DNA of 62,506 nt from Verrucomicrobiia bacterium (GCA_036272955.1 DATAXU010000018.1:1-62506), one strand, 5' to 3'. Shown: positions 7,771 through 16,680, counted from the first letter of the stretch. Notes: generated by a model not told the origin, from the letters alone. Numbers and translations are program-made.

Positions 7771-8543
7771 TTAAAACTTTGCTTAACTTTCTCCGTAATA
7801 GTACCAAAGAACGCCTTGTTTTTCAACCATCGCATTTCGGCGAGGCGATCCTCAACCCATTTAATATCCGAAGAATCCGCCGCTTGTAAAACAGAAACGT
7901 CGATATCCACGATCAATGCCGGACTGCTCGTGCCCAAAGGCTGAGGCGGTTGTAACGCGCGAACAACGTTCATCGTATAAGGCTGTCCCGGCACCCTGAA
8001 AGTGTCCATATGCAGAAAACCGCTAAATGGCAGATCCAAATTCACGGGAGTCTTGGGATGTGGTTCGATATAGTCCTCAAGTTGAACCGCGCCCGTGGGC
8101 AATTCAATACGGTTAATAAATCGGACTCCGAGTCTCTCGATTTCCGGCGGCCTTGCCACCTTCGCGTGAATCCTCCATAACCGCATTGCCTCAACTTGCA
8201 AACGGCTCCAGTCCTGATACGGTTGCAACCGGCTGAAAGTGAAGCCATCCCGGTCGAATGTCGCTACGTTACGCCCGTCCCCAGATTTAAATTGCAGCCC
8301 CTTCCATAAATCCTGTTGATTCGTTGTCGCCAGCGGACCCGGCATGATCGTAAAGCCAACCACTAATGAGTTTTGCACCGCCATTTGCGGATAATCCGCT
8401 AGCTGAGGCTTTAATACGTTCGCTATTGTCGTCTCATCCCATGGGACAGTGGCTCTTGCCCGCAAGGCGATGATGGCCTCCACGATTGGCGCGTGTGGCA
8501 AGTGCTCGAAGGTTTGAGTGGCGTCAATCTTGAATTCGCTCAT
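7767..8543 (-). CDS. TIGR04255-like conserved hypothetical protein (a family I recall as sporadically distributed)
   Basis: Part of ORF 7767..8630. The likely start is the internal ATG at 8543 (MSEFKIDATQTFEHLPHAPIVEAIIALR...). The N-terminal 'API.EA.. .. .' motif and the central 'ERLGVRFINRIELP' motif match my memory of TIGR04255. No search was run. Confidence 0.6.
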   Translation of the reverse strand: MSEFKIDATQTFEHLPHAPIVEAIIALRARATVPWDETTIANVLKPQLADYPQMAVQNSLVVGFTIMPGPLATTNQQDLWKGLQFKSGDGRNVATFDRDGFTFSRLQPYQDWSRLQVEAMRLWRIHAKVARPPEIERLGVRFINRIELPTGAVQLEDYIEPHPKTPVNLDLPFSGFLHMDTFRVPGQPYTMNVVRALQPPQPLGTSSPALIVDIDVSVLQAADSSDIKWVEDRLAEMRWLKNKAFFGTITEKVKQSFK

Positions 8544-8674
8544 CGCTGGAGACACCGAATACAACCTAAAGGATGGAAAATGCCAGAAAATTATATTCGG
8601 CCACATTTCAGGCCGTCGATCACACGCCATTTTTGCTTCGGACGATTCAATCTCAATGCGGAGGCGAATGAATT

Positions 8675-9214
8675 TTACCCTTTACAAAACTCCCCCAGCT
8701 TTTCCCAAAGCTCCTCCACCGACCCGCTATTATCCACCGTGCAGTCCGCCAGCGCGATGACTTTATCGACTTCCTGCGCACCGGAAGCCGCCGACCGCTC
8801 GTAATCTTCGATCCGCCGAAATTCTTCAAACGAAATATCGTCCCCCGTCCGGTTGCGTGCCCGCGCCCGCGCGTACCGCGTCTCCAGAGGAGCATCAATG
8901 GCGAGCAGCGTGAAATCAGGGCCGAACCGCCGTCGAAAAAACTCCACTTCCGCCGTTCCGCGAATCCCGGAAATAACGGTGTTGCCAGACACCTGGTTGG
9001 CGGCCAGTTCCCCCAAATAACTCATGCCGCGCGTCCTCTTGGCGTCGGCGGCAAAAACGCTCATATGCGCCCGATCTGTGGCCAAGCCTTGCTTGCGCAT
9101 TTCCGCCCGCAAGGTATCCCCCAGCGAAACGTGCGCGAAGCCCTTCGAAACGAAAAAATCCGCCGCGGTATCTTTGCCCGAAGCCGGTTGCCCGCATAAG
9201 CCAATGATCTTCAT
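8675..9214 (-). CDS. Small P-loop nucleoside/nucleotide kinase-like protein (UPF0200 / CoaE-like AAA ATPase)
   Basis: 179 aa. Walker A is MKIIGLCGQPASGKDT. The overall pattern (...VSLGD.LR.E....GL...R......A...R...G.....L........ISG.R...EVE.FR..FG.DF.L.A.DA..E.RY.R...R.R..DD.S.EEF...D..E) resembles archaeal UPF0200/dephospho-CoA-kinase-like kinases. Confidence 0.6.
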   Translation of the reverse strand: MKIIGLCGQPASGKDTAADFFVSKGFAHVSLGDTLRAEMRKQGLATDRAHMSVFAADAKRTRGMSYLGELAANQVSGNTVISGIRGTAEVEFFRRRFGPDFTLLAIDAPLETRYARARARNRTGDDISFEEFRRIEDYERSAASGAQEVDKVIALADCTVDNSGSVEELWEKLGEFCKG

Positions 9215-9291
9215 ATCCCACGTGCCATTGCGTCACCCGTCGCCGTCAGACCCGGCCACGGCCCCACGCCGCGCCGCCCCCTTGCAAGGTT

Positions 9292-10311
9292 CTACGAAAG
9301 CCCTTTGACCCTCCACGCCGCGTCCAACAGGTTCTTGTCGTACGGGTCGGGCACGGTTCCTTCGGCGGCAAAAAGATAGAGGGCACATCGGAAAACATGC
9401 CCGGCCACACTAACAACGTAGGCCATGCACATCAACGAAAAAAGCCAGAGGACTCCACCGATGCCGAACGTCCACCAACTCTTGAAAATCCACGCAAACG
9501 CGCCCACCGCCAGCAACGGCACCAGCGAGACCATAAATATCACGGCGTTCGCCGCCGAAAACCCAATGTATCCAATCAGCCCCTCGCCCCACGTCCGCTT
9601 CAAGGTCGTCGCGGATTGCTGGAGGATCTTTACCGGGTTGTGCATGGATTGTTCCTGGATGATCACCGGAATCGCAAACACCGCCGCGACGCTCCACGCC
9701 ATTCCGACCAATCCCATCATAATTCGCCCCGCGAACGGCAAACGCTCCTCAATGCTGCGAATGATCCATCCGACCACTCCCGCCAATAGCGACCACGCGA
9801 GAATCGCGCGCAGCCGCCCCCGCGCAACGCCAAACCCGCGCCGAAGCGAAACACCCTTGCCGTTGAGCGCCGTGATGATCTCGCTGTAAAATGCCACGTT
9901 GAAAAAAGTCGCCAGGAACATCGACCCAAGATAAAGCGGAAGCACCCAAACCGAATTCCAGAACGAGGGATGCGGCGCCATCGAATTTCCAGGACCCGCC
10001 GTGCTCGTGGGATGGCCGGTTATTATCCTGCTCAGGGCATTGCGCAGGCTGGTTGGCGGTTGATACTTGGGTACAACAACAGGTTTCGGAAAATACAGGT
10101 TTTCCAATGCCTCCCAATGTTGCTTTTGGGTAATATGGTAACCGGTATCATGCAAAACCATCGGCAGAGCCATCGCCGAGATAAATACAAGCGCTATGAC
10201 AGACGTCAGCAGCGTGATTACAAGCGGAAAGCAGAGCAGTTTGGGGTGGCGAAAGACGATAGTTGCGGAAGCCCTGAAAAGCTGCCAGCTAACAGTAAAT
10301 TTCTTGTTCAT
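9292..10311 (-). CDS. Polytopic inner-membrane protein of unknown function, translationally coupled to gntR
   Basis: 339 aa with about 6-7 hydrophobic helices (for example LLCFPLVITLLTSVIALVFISAMALPMV and VIFMVSLVPLLAVGAFAWIF). 4-nt overlap with the gntR stop (10308-10311). Confidence 0.7.
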   Translation of the reverse strand: MNKKFTVSWQLFRASATIVFRHPKLLCFPLVITLLTSVIALVFISAMALPMVLHDTGYHITQKQHWEALENLYFPKPVVVPKYQPPTSLRNALSRIITGHPTSTAGPGNSMAPHPSFWNSVWVLPLYLGSMFLATFFNVAFYSEIITALNGKGVSLRRGFGVARGRLRAILAWSLLAGVVGWIIRSIEERLPFAGRIMMGLVGMAWSVAAVFAIPVIIQEQSMHNPVKILQQSATTLKRTWGEGLIGYIGFSAANAVIFMVSLVPLLAVGAFAWIFKSWWTFGIGGVLWLFSLMCMAYVVSVAGHVFRCALYLFAAEGTVPDPYDKNLLDAAWRVKGLS

Positions 10312-10715
10312 AGTGTTGATGGGTCCCTTTCTTTGATGAAGTTTAACAATTCGCTTTCGGTGACACCGCTGGTGCCCGCATCGCCCAGCAGCCGGTGATA
10401 AAGTTCCTCGAGTTTGGCCCTCTTCTCTGCCACGGTCGCCTCCGGCGCGCTCGCGGGAGTTTGAGGCTGGATGAACGAACCGCTGCCCCGCTCGCTAAGG
10501 ATGATTCCCTTCAATTCCAGCTCCCGATAAGCCTTGGCAACGGTATTCGGATTCACATTCAAATGCCCGCTCAGCGCCCGAATCGTCGGCAATTGGTCCC
10601 CCGCCTTCAGCGAACCATCCGCCAAAGCCGCACAAGCGTGATTGATGATCTGTCGATAAACCGGAATCCCGGAATTATACTCGACCTTCCACTGATTCGT
10701 TCCCTTATCATTCAT
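10308..10715 (-). CDS. GntR family transcriptional regulator, short YtrA-like subfamily
   Basis: 135 aa. Winged-HTH signature IPVYRQIINHACAALADGSLKAGDQLPTIRALSGHLNVNPNTVAKAYRELELKGIILSERGSGSFI, followed by a short helical C-terminus as in YtrA-type members. Confidence 0.85.
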   Translation of the reverse strand: MNDKGTNQWKVEYNSGIPVYRQIINHACAALADGSLKAGDQLPTIRALSGHLNVNPNTVAKAYRELELKGIILSERGSGSFIQPQTPASAPEATVAEKRAKLEELYHRLLGDAGTSGVTESELLNFIKERDPSTL

Positions 10716-10718
10716 ACA

Positions 10719-10788
10719 TATTTAACTATTACACTAGTACACTATTACACGTCAAGGCGTTTTTTAGACGTATTTATGCGAATTTTTC
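10719..10788 (-). promoter_or_regulatory. Bipartite conserved upstream element, copy 1 (block B 10719-10750, block A 10761-10788); putative GntR/YtrA operator-promoter
   Basis: Block B, TATTTAACTATTACACTAGTACACTATTACAC, contains a direct repeat of ACTATTACAC and a central ACTAGT palindrome. It ends 3 nt from the gntR ATG. Both blocks recur at 49656-49734 in the same orientation relative to the downstream gene (28/32 and 25/28 identities). Confidence 0.55.
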
Positions 10789-10819
10789 ACTTACAAATTC
10801 AACGGAAAGAAATAAGTTC

Positions 10820-13543
10820 ATGCAATCGGCCATGAAAGCGCTTCCCCTGTCCATTGCGATCCTTCTCCTTTTCGCTTCCTCGCTTTGGTCCGCACCTGCC
10901 TACAGCCTCGTCCAAGGCATCGACAAGTTCGACGGTTCCCTCCGCGCCTGGCACTTGTTGGAAACCAACGGCTTCGTCGTCGCCGATCCTTCGTACCAAC
11001 AAATCTTCGAGCCGTACCTCGACGCCTCGCTCCCACCCTTCATCACAACCGACTCCGCATGGCAGACCTACGAAGCTCTGCTGGCCGGCGGCATCAAACA
11101 ATTGGGCCTGCGTCAAATCCCATGGCGTTGCACAACGTCAGGCCTGGAGTTCCTGATGGCGCACCCCGAAACCCGTTCCGTCGCCGCCGAGAAAGTGCTG
11201 CGGGAAATCTCCGGGAACAAAGCAGTGGACGCGATTAAAAATCTCAACGAGACCCTGCCCGCCGATTCGCTGACAGGCGAATCGCTGCGCGTGCTCGCGA
11301 CCCTCCAACAACCATTGCCCGACCAACTCGCGCCCGCGTTCCATTCCGAGGCTTGGGCGGCGAAGCAACTTTGGACGCAACTCGCCGGAGCCATCACACA
11401 AAGTCATTCCCGCAAAGCGACTGACGAGATTCCCATCGGCGCCGACGACCGAAGTCAGGATTGGTCGAAGAAAGGCGTCGTGGCGCCGTATCCGGATTTT
11501 TTCGCCGGGCTGGCCAGGTTGTCCCGTGAAACCGCCGGCGCAATGGACAAGGTGGGACTCGACGAATCATTCGACGCCAGAGCGCTCGCGCAGAGATTGC
11601 TCGACGGCGTTTTTATTCAACAAGGTGTCGCGGCAGTCGTCCCGGAAGAGACGGTGAAAATGGCGAGGGAGAGCGCCGAGTTCGCCCAATTCTTCGCGCA
11701 GTATTCCGAAGCGCATCCCTCTCAATCCGATCCCGCCGGCAGCGTGGCGGCAGCGCAGCGTTCGTTGAAAGATTTGGAGACGATCGCGCGCCGATGCCTC
11801 AACGCCGGCGTCCCCACCGAGGACGACACCAAGGTATTGCAAAGCCTTTTTGATCAGCGCCTCACTTCGCCACGATTGCTCCGCGACTTCGCCGACACCT
11901 GCGACAAACTCGCCAAACTGGCGCGGGACTATCGCGACGGCAAAGCATTGAGCGACGACGACGAAAAATGGATGGCCGCCTACGGAATGCTATTGGCGGG
12001 ATACTCGATTGTCCCCGGCCAGGCAGCGAACGATCTCTCGACAATCACGGCATTGGGAACGAACGCCGCGAACAATTCCATTCTCTGGGCGGCATTGGGC
12101 CAGCCGCAGGCCCTGTACATTATTTTGCCTTCGGAAGGGCGATTGCAACTTTACCGCGGCGCGGTGACGACCTACCGCGAATTCACACGCCCCGCCTCGG
12201 ACTCGTCGGATGACAAATGGTGGCAAGAGCAGTTGCAAAGCGGCAGTGTCCCCGCGCCGCCCGCTTTCACCGGGAGTTTTCGCGCGGAAAAAAACGCCCT
12301 GGACATCCTGGATACGGTGAATTCTCAGGGGCCTGATTCCCAGGACTTCCAGGCGATTCAGCAAAGCATGACGGCCTTGCAATTACGGGTGACGGATGCC
12401 GATTTGCCCGCGCTCATCGACGCGCTCGCAAAGTGCGACATCCGATGGAACGGCGGTGTTTCGGCGGGAATTACCGCGGCCATTGCAAAGTTGAACTGGA
12501 AGCCGGAAGAAAAAAACCTTCTCGCGCTCCTTGATGCGGACGACGGCATTCATATCGGCCCCGTGGTTTCGATTCTGTTGCAGCATCCCGAATGGCTCGA
12601 CGCAGCTTTTCTGACGGACAACTTCGAGCATGGTTCGTCGCGTTCTCGTCGCGTCTTCACTCTCCTTTTGGGACACGCCGCGGTAACGGATCGGACCCGG
12701 CCGATACTCTTGCAGGCTTTGGCGGATGAATCTCCCGGTGTGCGTTGGCAGGCGGTCCTGGCCATCGGCGATGTCTCGTGGGACACCGCCGAAAAAATTT
12801 CACCACTCCTGGACAGGCTCAGCGACAGCAACGAAATGGTGGGCGCGGCGGCCGCGGCCACACTGGGAAAAATCGGGGCCACAAATGTCGCGCAGCTTCT
12901 ATTCACAAATTTGCAGAAGCGGTTGCAATCACCACGTCCGTCCGCCGCCGCCCTGGAGGAACAAACTGAGGCAGTGCGGGAGAATTTTCCGTCAGTCTTT
13001 AGTCCGCAGTCCAATCCTTTCGATCCTGGCAATCTTCTGGCTCGCGTGCAAATGGGAGGAATGCGCCGGTTTGGTTGGGACGCCCGGCGCGACTCGTTCA
13101 GCATCATTACCGCCCTCGTCGAATCGTTGGGAGAGCTTAAGTATGAACCCGCCACGGAAACGATCGTGGGACTGGTCGGCAGTCCCAATACAATTGCAGC
13201 AGTGAATGCGTTGAAAAAACTCGCGCCGGCGGAACTCACGAAACGTTTGCTCGCCGTGGCCGACGACAAAAACGCTCTCGCGCAAGCCCGCGACGAAGCG
13301 TTGACCCTGCTCAGCGACGCCCCCGGCGCAAACGCCTCCGATCTGGTTCCGCTGCTGGACGATCACACAGCGATTCCCGGGATGCGTCCGATGCCGGGAC
13401 GGGAATGGCGAATATGCGACCGAGCCGCGATGACGCTCGCGGCATTATTGGGACGCTCAGTGCGACTGGCGCCGATGATGCCCGTCGAGGAACGCGACCA
13501 GCAAATCGACCAGGTAAAGCAATGGTTGAAATCGGCGTACTGA
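10820..13543 (+). CDS. Secreted DUF3160-like protein with C-terminal HEAT/armadillo repeats
   Basis: 907 aa. Signal peptide ALPLSIAILLLFASSLWSAPA. PPFITTDSAWQTYEALL resembles the DUF3160 core. The C-terminal third has HEAT-like repeats (LLQALADESPGVRWQAVLAIGDV..., LLDRLSDSNEMVGAAAAATLGKIG). Confidence 0.6.
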   Translation: MQSAMKALPLSIAILLLFASSLWSAPAYSLVQGIDKFDGSLRAWHLLETNGFVVADPSYQQIFEPYLDASLPPFITTDSAWQTYEALLAGGIKQLGLRQIPWRCTTSGLEFLMAHPETRSVAAEKVLREISGNKAVDAIKNLNETLPADSLTGESLRVLATLQQPLPDQLAPAFHSEAWAAKQLWTQLAGAITQSHSRKATDEIPIGADDRSQDWSKKGVVAPYPDFFAGLARLSRETAGAMDKVGLDESFDARALAQRLLDGVFIQQGVAAVVPEETVKMARESAEFAQFFAQYSEAHPSQSDPAGSVAAAQRSLKDLETIARRCLNAGVPTEDDTKVLQSLFDQRLTSPRLLRDFADTCDKLAKLARDYRDGKALSDDDEKWMAAYGMLLAGYSIVPGQAANDLSTITALGTNAANNSILWAALGQPQALYIILPSEGRLQLYRGAVTTYREFTRPASDSSDDKWWQEQLQSGSVPAPPAFTGSFRAEKNALDILDTVNSQGPDSQDFQAIQQSMTALQLRVTDADLPALIDALAKCDIRWNGGVSAGITAAIAKLNWKPEEKNLLALLDADDGIHIGPVVSILLQHPEWLDAAFLTDNFEHGSSRSRRVFTLLLGHAAVTDRTRPILLQALADESPGVRWQAVLAIGDVSWDTAEKISPLLDRLSDSNEMVGAAAAATLGKIGATNVAQLLFTNLQKRLQSPRPSAAALEEQTEAVRENFPSVFSPQSNPFDPGNLLARVQMGGMRRFGWDARRDSFSIITALVESLGELKYEPATETIVGLVGSPNTIAAVNALKKLAPAELTKRLLAVADDKNALAQARDEALTLLSDAPGANASDLVPLLDDHTAIPGMRPMPGREWRICDRAAMTLAALLGRSVRLAPMMPVEERDQQIDQVKQWLKSAY

Positions 13544-13605
13544 GTCGGGAGCGGGGATGCGGCATTGCTTTTTCGACTGGGATTTTGCATCTTATTACCG
13601 GCACA

Positions 13606-14958
13606 ATGATGCAAAGGTCCCATTCCATTTGCGTGGCGCTGTTCCTTTTAACGGCAGCGCTATCGCTCAATGCCGAAACCGATATCCGGCGGGATGCGGT
13701 CGTGCAGGTCGTCCAGGATGTCATGCCGTCGGTGGTCAACGTGGCGACAGAAAGCATTGTGGAATCGCGTGATGTCTTTGATGAGCTTTGGCGGCGATTT
13801 TACGGATACCCAACCGGGCCGGAGGTGCATAGTTCGCTGGGTTCCGGCGTCATTATTTCAGACGATGGATATATTTTGACCAATCTTCACGTCGTCAAAC
13901 GCGCCAGCCGCATCCAGGTGAAACTTTCGGACGCCGCGGGCGGGGGTCTTTATGACGTGCAGCCGATCTATGTTGGAACAACGAAAGTGGACGTAGCGCT
14001 GCTGAAGATCATTCCCAAAAAGAAAGGCGAGAAGTTTAAGGCGATCAAGTTTGCGAGGGACAACGATCTATTGCTGGGCGAGACAGTGGTGGCGCTGGGC
14101 AACCCGTTTGGGTTGGGCGAATCAGTGAGCAGAGGCATTCTCAGTTCCAAACGCCGGGCCGCTCCCAAAGAGAACGAGGATTTGAAGATGGAAAACTGGC
14201 TGCAAACCGATGCGTTGATCAATCCCGGCAACAGCGGCGGTCCGCTGGTGGATCTGCGCGGTGAAATGATCGGAATCAATGTCGCCATTTACCAGGGAGC
14301 GCAAGGGATCGGGTTTGCGATTCCCGTCACGGACGTGCGGGAAGCCTTAAGCGAGGTTTTCAACCCCGAAACCGCCTCGCGCTGGTTCGGCGCGCATGTC
14401 AGTGTCGCCCCGCCATTGCTCGTTAAAAAAATCGATCCCGGCAGCCCCGCGGAGGTGGCCGGACTCGAAGTTGGGGACAATATTTTATCCGTCAATGGGA
14501 CGGCCGCAGGCGATTACATCAATTTCAACCGGACGTTGCGGGAAGGCCCGCAACTAACGCTTGTTTTGTCGGTGCAACGGGATGGGGAGTTGCGGGACAT
14601 TCATGTGCGGATGGTGCCGTTCAAGGAATTATTTCAGCGACGGCTCGGGTTGGATTTGCAGGAATTGACCGGCGAACTGGTCGATCAACTTGGACTTGCG
14701 CGGCTCGGGGGACTGGAGTCGGGCCTGCTGATTTCTCGGGTGGAAAAAGACAGCCCGGCCGAAAAAGCAGACCTGCGGGAGTATTATTTGGTCAATGGGA
14801 TTGATGACCGGCCGGTGCGAAATTATCTCGATGCGTTCGAAGCGTTGTCCGGTTTGAAGAGTGGAGCACCGGCGGATTTGACGGTCCTCGTGCCGCGCGT
14901 CCGCAATAATTTGATTTTAGGCTACCAACAGGGAGAAACCGAGGTTAAGCTCAGGTGA
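13606..14958 (+). CDS. HtrA/DegP-family trypsin-like serine protease with PDZ domain(s)
   Basis: Internal ATG of ORF 13405..14958 followed by a signal peptide (MMQRSHSICVALFLLTAALSLNA). Catalytic motifs are ILTNLHVV, DVALLKI and NPGNSGGPLVD. The PDZ-like region is GSPAEVAGLEVGDNILSVNG. Confidence 0.9.
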   Translation: MMQRSHSICVALFLLTAALSLNAETDIRRDAVVQVVQDVMPSVVNVATESIVESRDVFDELWRRFYGYPTGPEVHSSLGSGVIISDDGYILTNLHVVKRASRIQVKLSDAAGGGLYDVQPIYVGTTKVDVALLKIIPKKKGEKFKAIKFARDNDLLLGETVVALGNPFGLGESVSRGILSSKRRAAPKENEDLKMENWLQTDALINPGNSGGPLVDLRGEMIGINVAIYQGAQGIGFAIPVTDVREALSEVFNPETASRWFGAHVSVAPPLLVKKIDPGSPAEVAGLEVGDNILSVNGTAAGDYINFNRTLREGPQLTLVLSVQRDGELRDIHVRMVPFKELFQRRLGLDLQELTGELVDQLGLARLGGLESGLLISRVEKDSPAEKADLREYYLVNGIDDRPVRNYLDAFEALSGLKSGAPADLTVLVPRVRNNLILGYQQGETEVKLR

Positions 14959-14977
14959 CCGAGGCGCCCTGTTAGGA

Positions 14978-15931
14978 ATGATGATCGAAGTTTCCAATTT
15001 GACGAAACGCTACGCCGGAAATACCGCGGTGTCCGATCTCTCTTTTACCGTCAAAAGCGGCGAGGTCGTTGGCTTGCTCGGTCCCAACGGGGCGGGGAAA
15101 AGCACCACGATGCGCATTTTGTCCTGCTTTATCCCGGCCACTTCGGGCAGCGCGCGTGTGAGCGGCCTGGATGTTTTTACGCAAGCTGACGACGTGCGCC
15201 GCCGTATTGGGTATATGCCGGAGAATAACCCGTTGCATCCAGATATGCGCGTGCGCGAGTATCTAAGATTCCGCGCCCGCCTCAAAGGGCTTGGCCGAAG
15301 CCGGACGCGCCAGCGCGTGGAAGCCGTCATCGCCCAATGCGGATTGACGGACGTCAGCAAGAGAATCATTGGACAACTTTCCAAAGGGTACCGGCAGCGT
15401 GTTGGCCTGGCCGATGCGTTGGTGCATGAGCCGGAACTCATTATTTTGGACGAACCGACCATCGGGCTGGACCCAAGCCAGATTCGAGTCGTGCGGCAGT
15501 TAATCAAGGAATTGGCCCAGCGGCATACGGTGCTGATTTCGAGCCACATTTTGCCGGAAGTGGAGATGACGTGCAACCGGGTGATGATCATGCGCGAAGG
15601 GCGCATACTTGCGGCCGATACGCCTGAGAACCTGGAAAAGTCGATGGGCCGCAGCGGCCACATCATCGCGGAGATCGCCGCGCCAGTTGAGGAATTGCGG
15701 GCCTGCTGGGACCAGATGCCCGAGATCGCGCATTACAACATCGCGCCCGCCGAGGGCGAGTATCACCGTTGTTCTCTGACGGCGGCAGGGAGCGAAGACC
15801 TACGCCCGAAAATCTTTGCGGCGGTGCGGCAGCGCGAATGGAAACTGCGCGAACTGTTTCGTTTGCGCCATTCGCTGGAGGATGTCTATATTCGGCTGAC
15901 GCGGCCGGAAAGTGAGGAAGAGTCGCACTAA
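14978..15931 (+). CDS. ABC transporter ATP-binding protein (ABC-2/GldA-like)
   Basis: Walker A GPNGAGKST, signature LSKGYRQRV, Walker B LIILDEPTIGLD. Confidence 0.9.
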   Translation: MMIEVSNLTKRYAGNTAVSDLSFTVKSGEVVGLLGPNGAGKSTTMRILSCFIPATSGSARVSGLDVFTQADDVRRRIGYMPENNPLHPDMRVREYLRFRARLKGLGRSRTRQRVEAVIAQCGLTDVSKRIIGQLSKGYRQRVGLADALVHEPELIILDEPTIGLDPSQIRVVRQLIKELAQRHTVLISSHILPEVEMTCNRVMIMREGRILAADTPENLEKSMGRSGHIIAEIAAPVEELRACWDQMPEIAHYNIAPAEGEYHRCSLTAAGSEDLRPKIFAAVRQREWKLRELFRLRHSLEDVYIRLTRPESEEESH

Positions 15932-16680
15932 TGCAGGCTTATATGACGCTGACCCGGCGTGAGCTGGGAAGCTTCTTCTATTCGTGGATTGGGTACGTCG
16001 TTATTGCAGGCGCGGTTTTTTTGACGGGACTCAGCTTTGTCATCCTCCTGGACAAACTGCAGGGAGAAGCCACGCAATTGCCGATCACCGAGATTTTTTT
16101 AAGCCTTTGCTTCTGGCTGATCCTCCTCTTCTCTTCGCCGATCATCACAATGCGGCTTTTCGCGATGGAAAAGTATTCCGGGACTTTTGAAACTCTTATG
16201 ACGGCGCCGGTGAGCGACCTGTCGGTGGTGCTGGCAAAATTCACGGCGGCGCTTGTGTTTTACATGGTGCTGTGGGTGCCGCTACTGGCCTGCATTTTGA
16301 TTTTGGGCTGCTTCAGCAACGGCTCCAATTTGATGGATGCCGGGACTTTGGGGAGCACGTACCTGGGGATATTCCTGCTGGGCGCGCTTTACATGTCAAT
16401 CGGCTGCTTTGCGTCATCGCTGACGCGCAACCAGATAGTGGCGGCGATGATTAGTTTTGCGGCTGGGCTTGCGTTTTTTCTCGCCAGTTACCTGAGCGAC
16501 CAGCTTGCGGTGGAAAAGACATGGCAGGTGGAAACGCTCAACTCGATATGCATTCTCGAACAAATGAAAGATTTCGCGCGTGGCGTGGTGGACACCCGTT
16601 ACATTGTTTTTTATTTGACGGTGAGCGCTTTCTTTTTATTCCTGACTTACCGGGTGATTGAAAGCCGGCGCTGGAAATAA
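15931..16680 (+). CDS. ABC-2 type transporter permease (GldF-like)
   Basis: 249 aa with 6 predicted TM helices. Its ATG overlaps the ATPase stop (TAATG). Confidence 0.8.
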   Translation: MQAYMTLTRRELGSFFYSWIGYVVIAGAVFLTGLSFVILLDKLQGEATQLPITEIFLSLCFWLILLFSSPIITMRLFAMEKYSGTFETLMTAPVSDLSVVLAKFTAALVFYMVLWVPLLACILILGCFSNGSNLMDAGTLGSTYLGIFLLGALYMSIGCFASSLTRNQIVAAMISFAAGLAFFLASYLSDQLAVEKTWQVETLNSICILEQMKDFARGVVDTRYIVFYLTVSAFFLFLTYRVIESRRWK

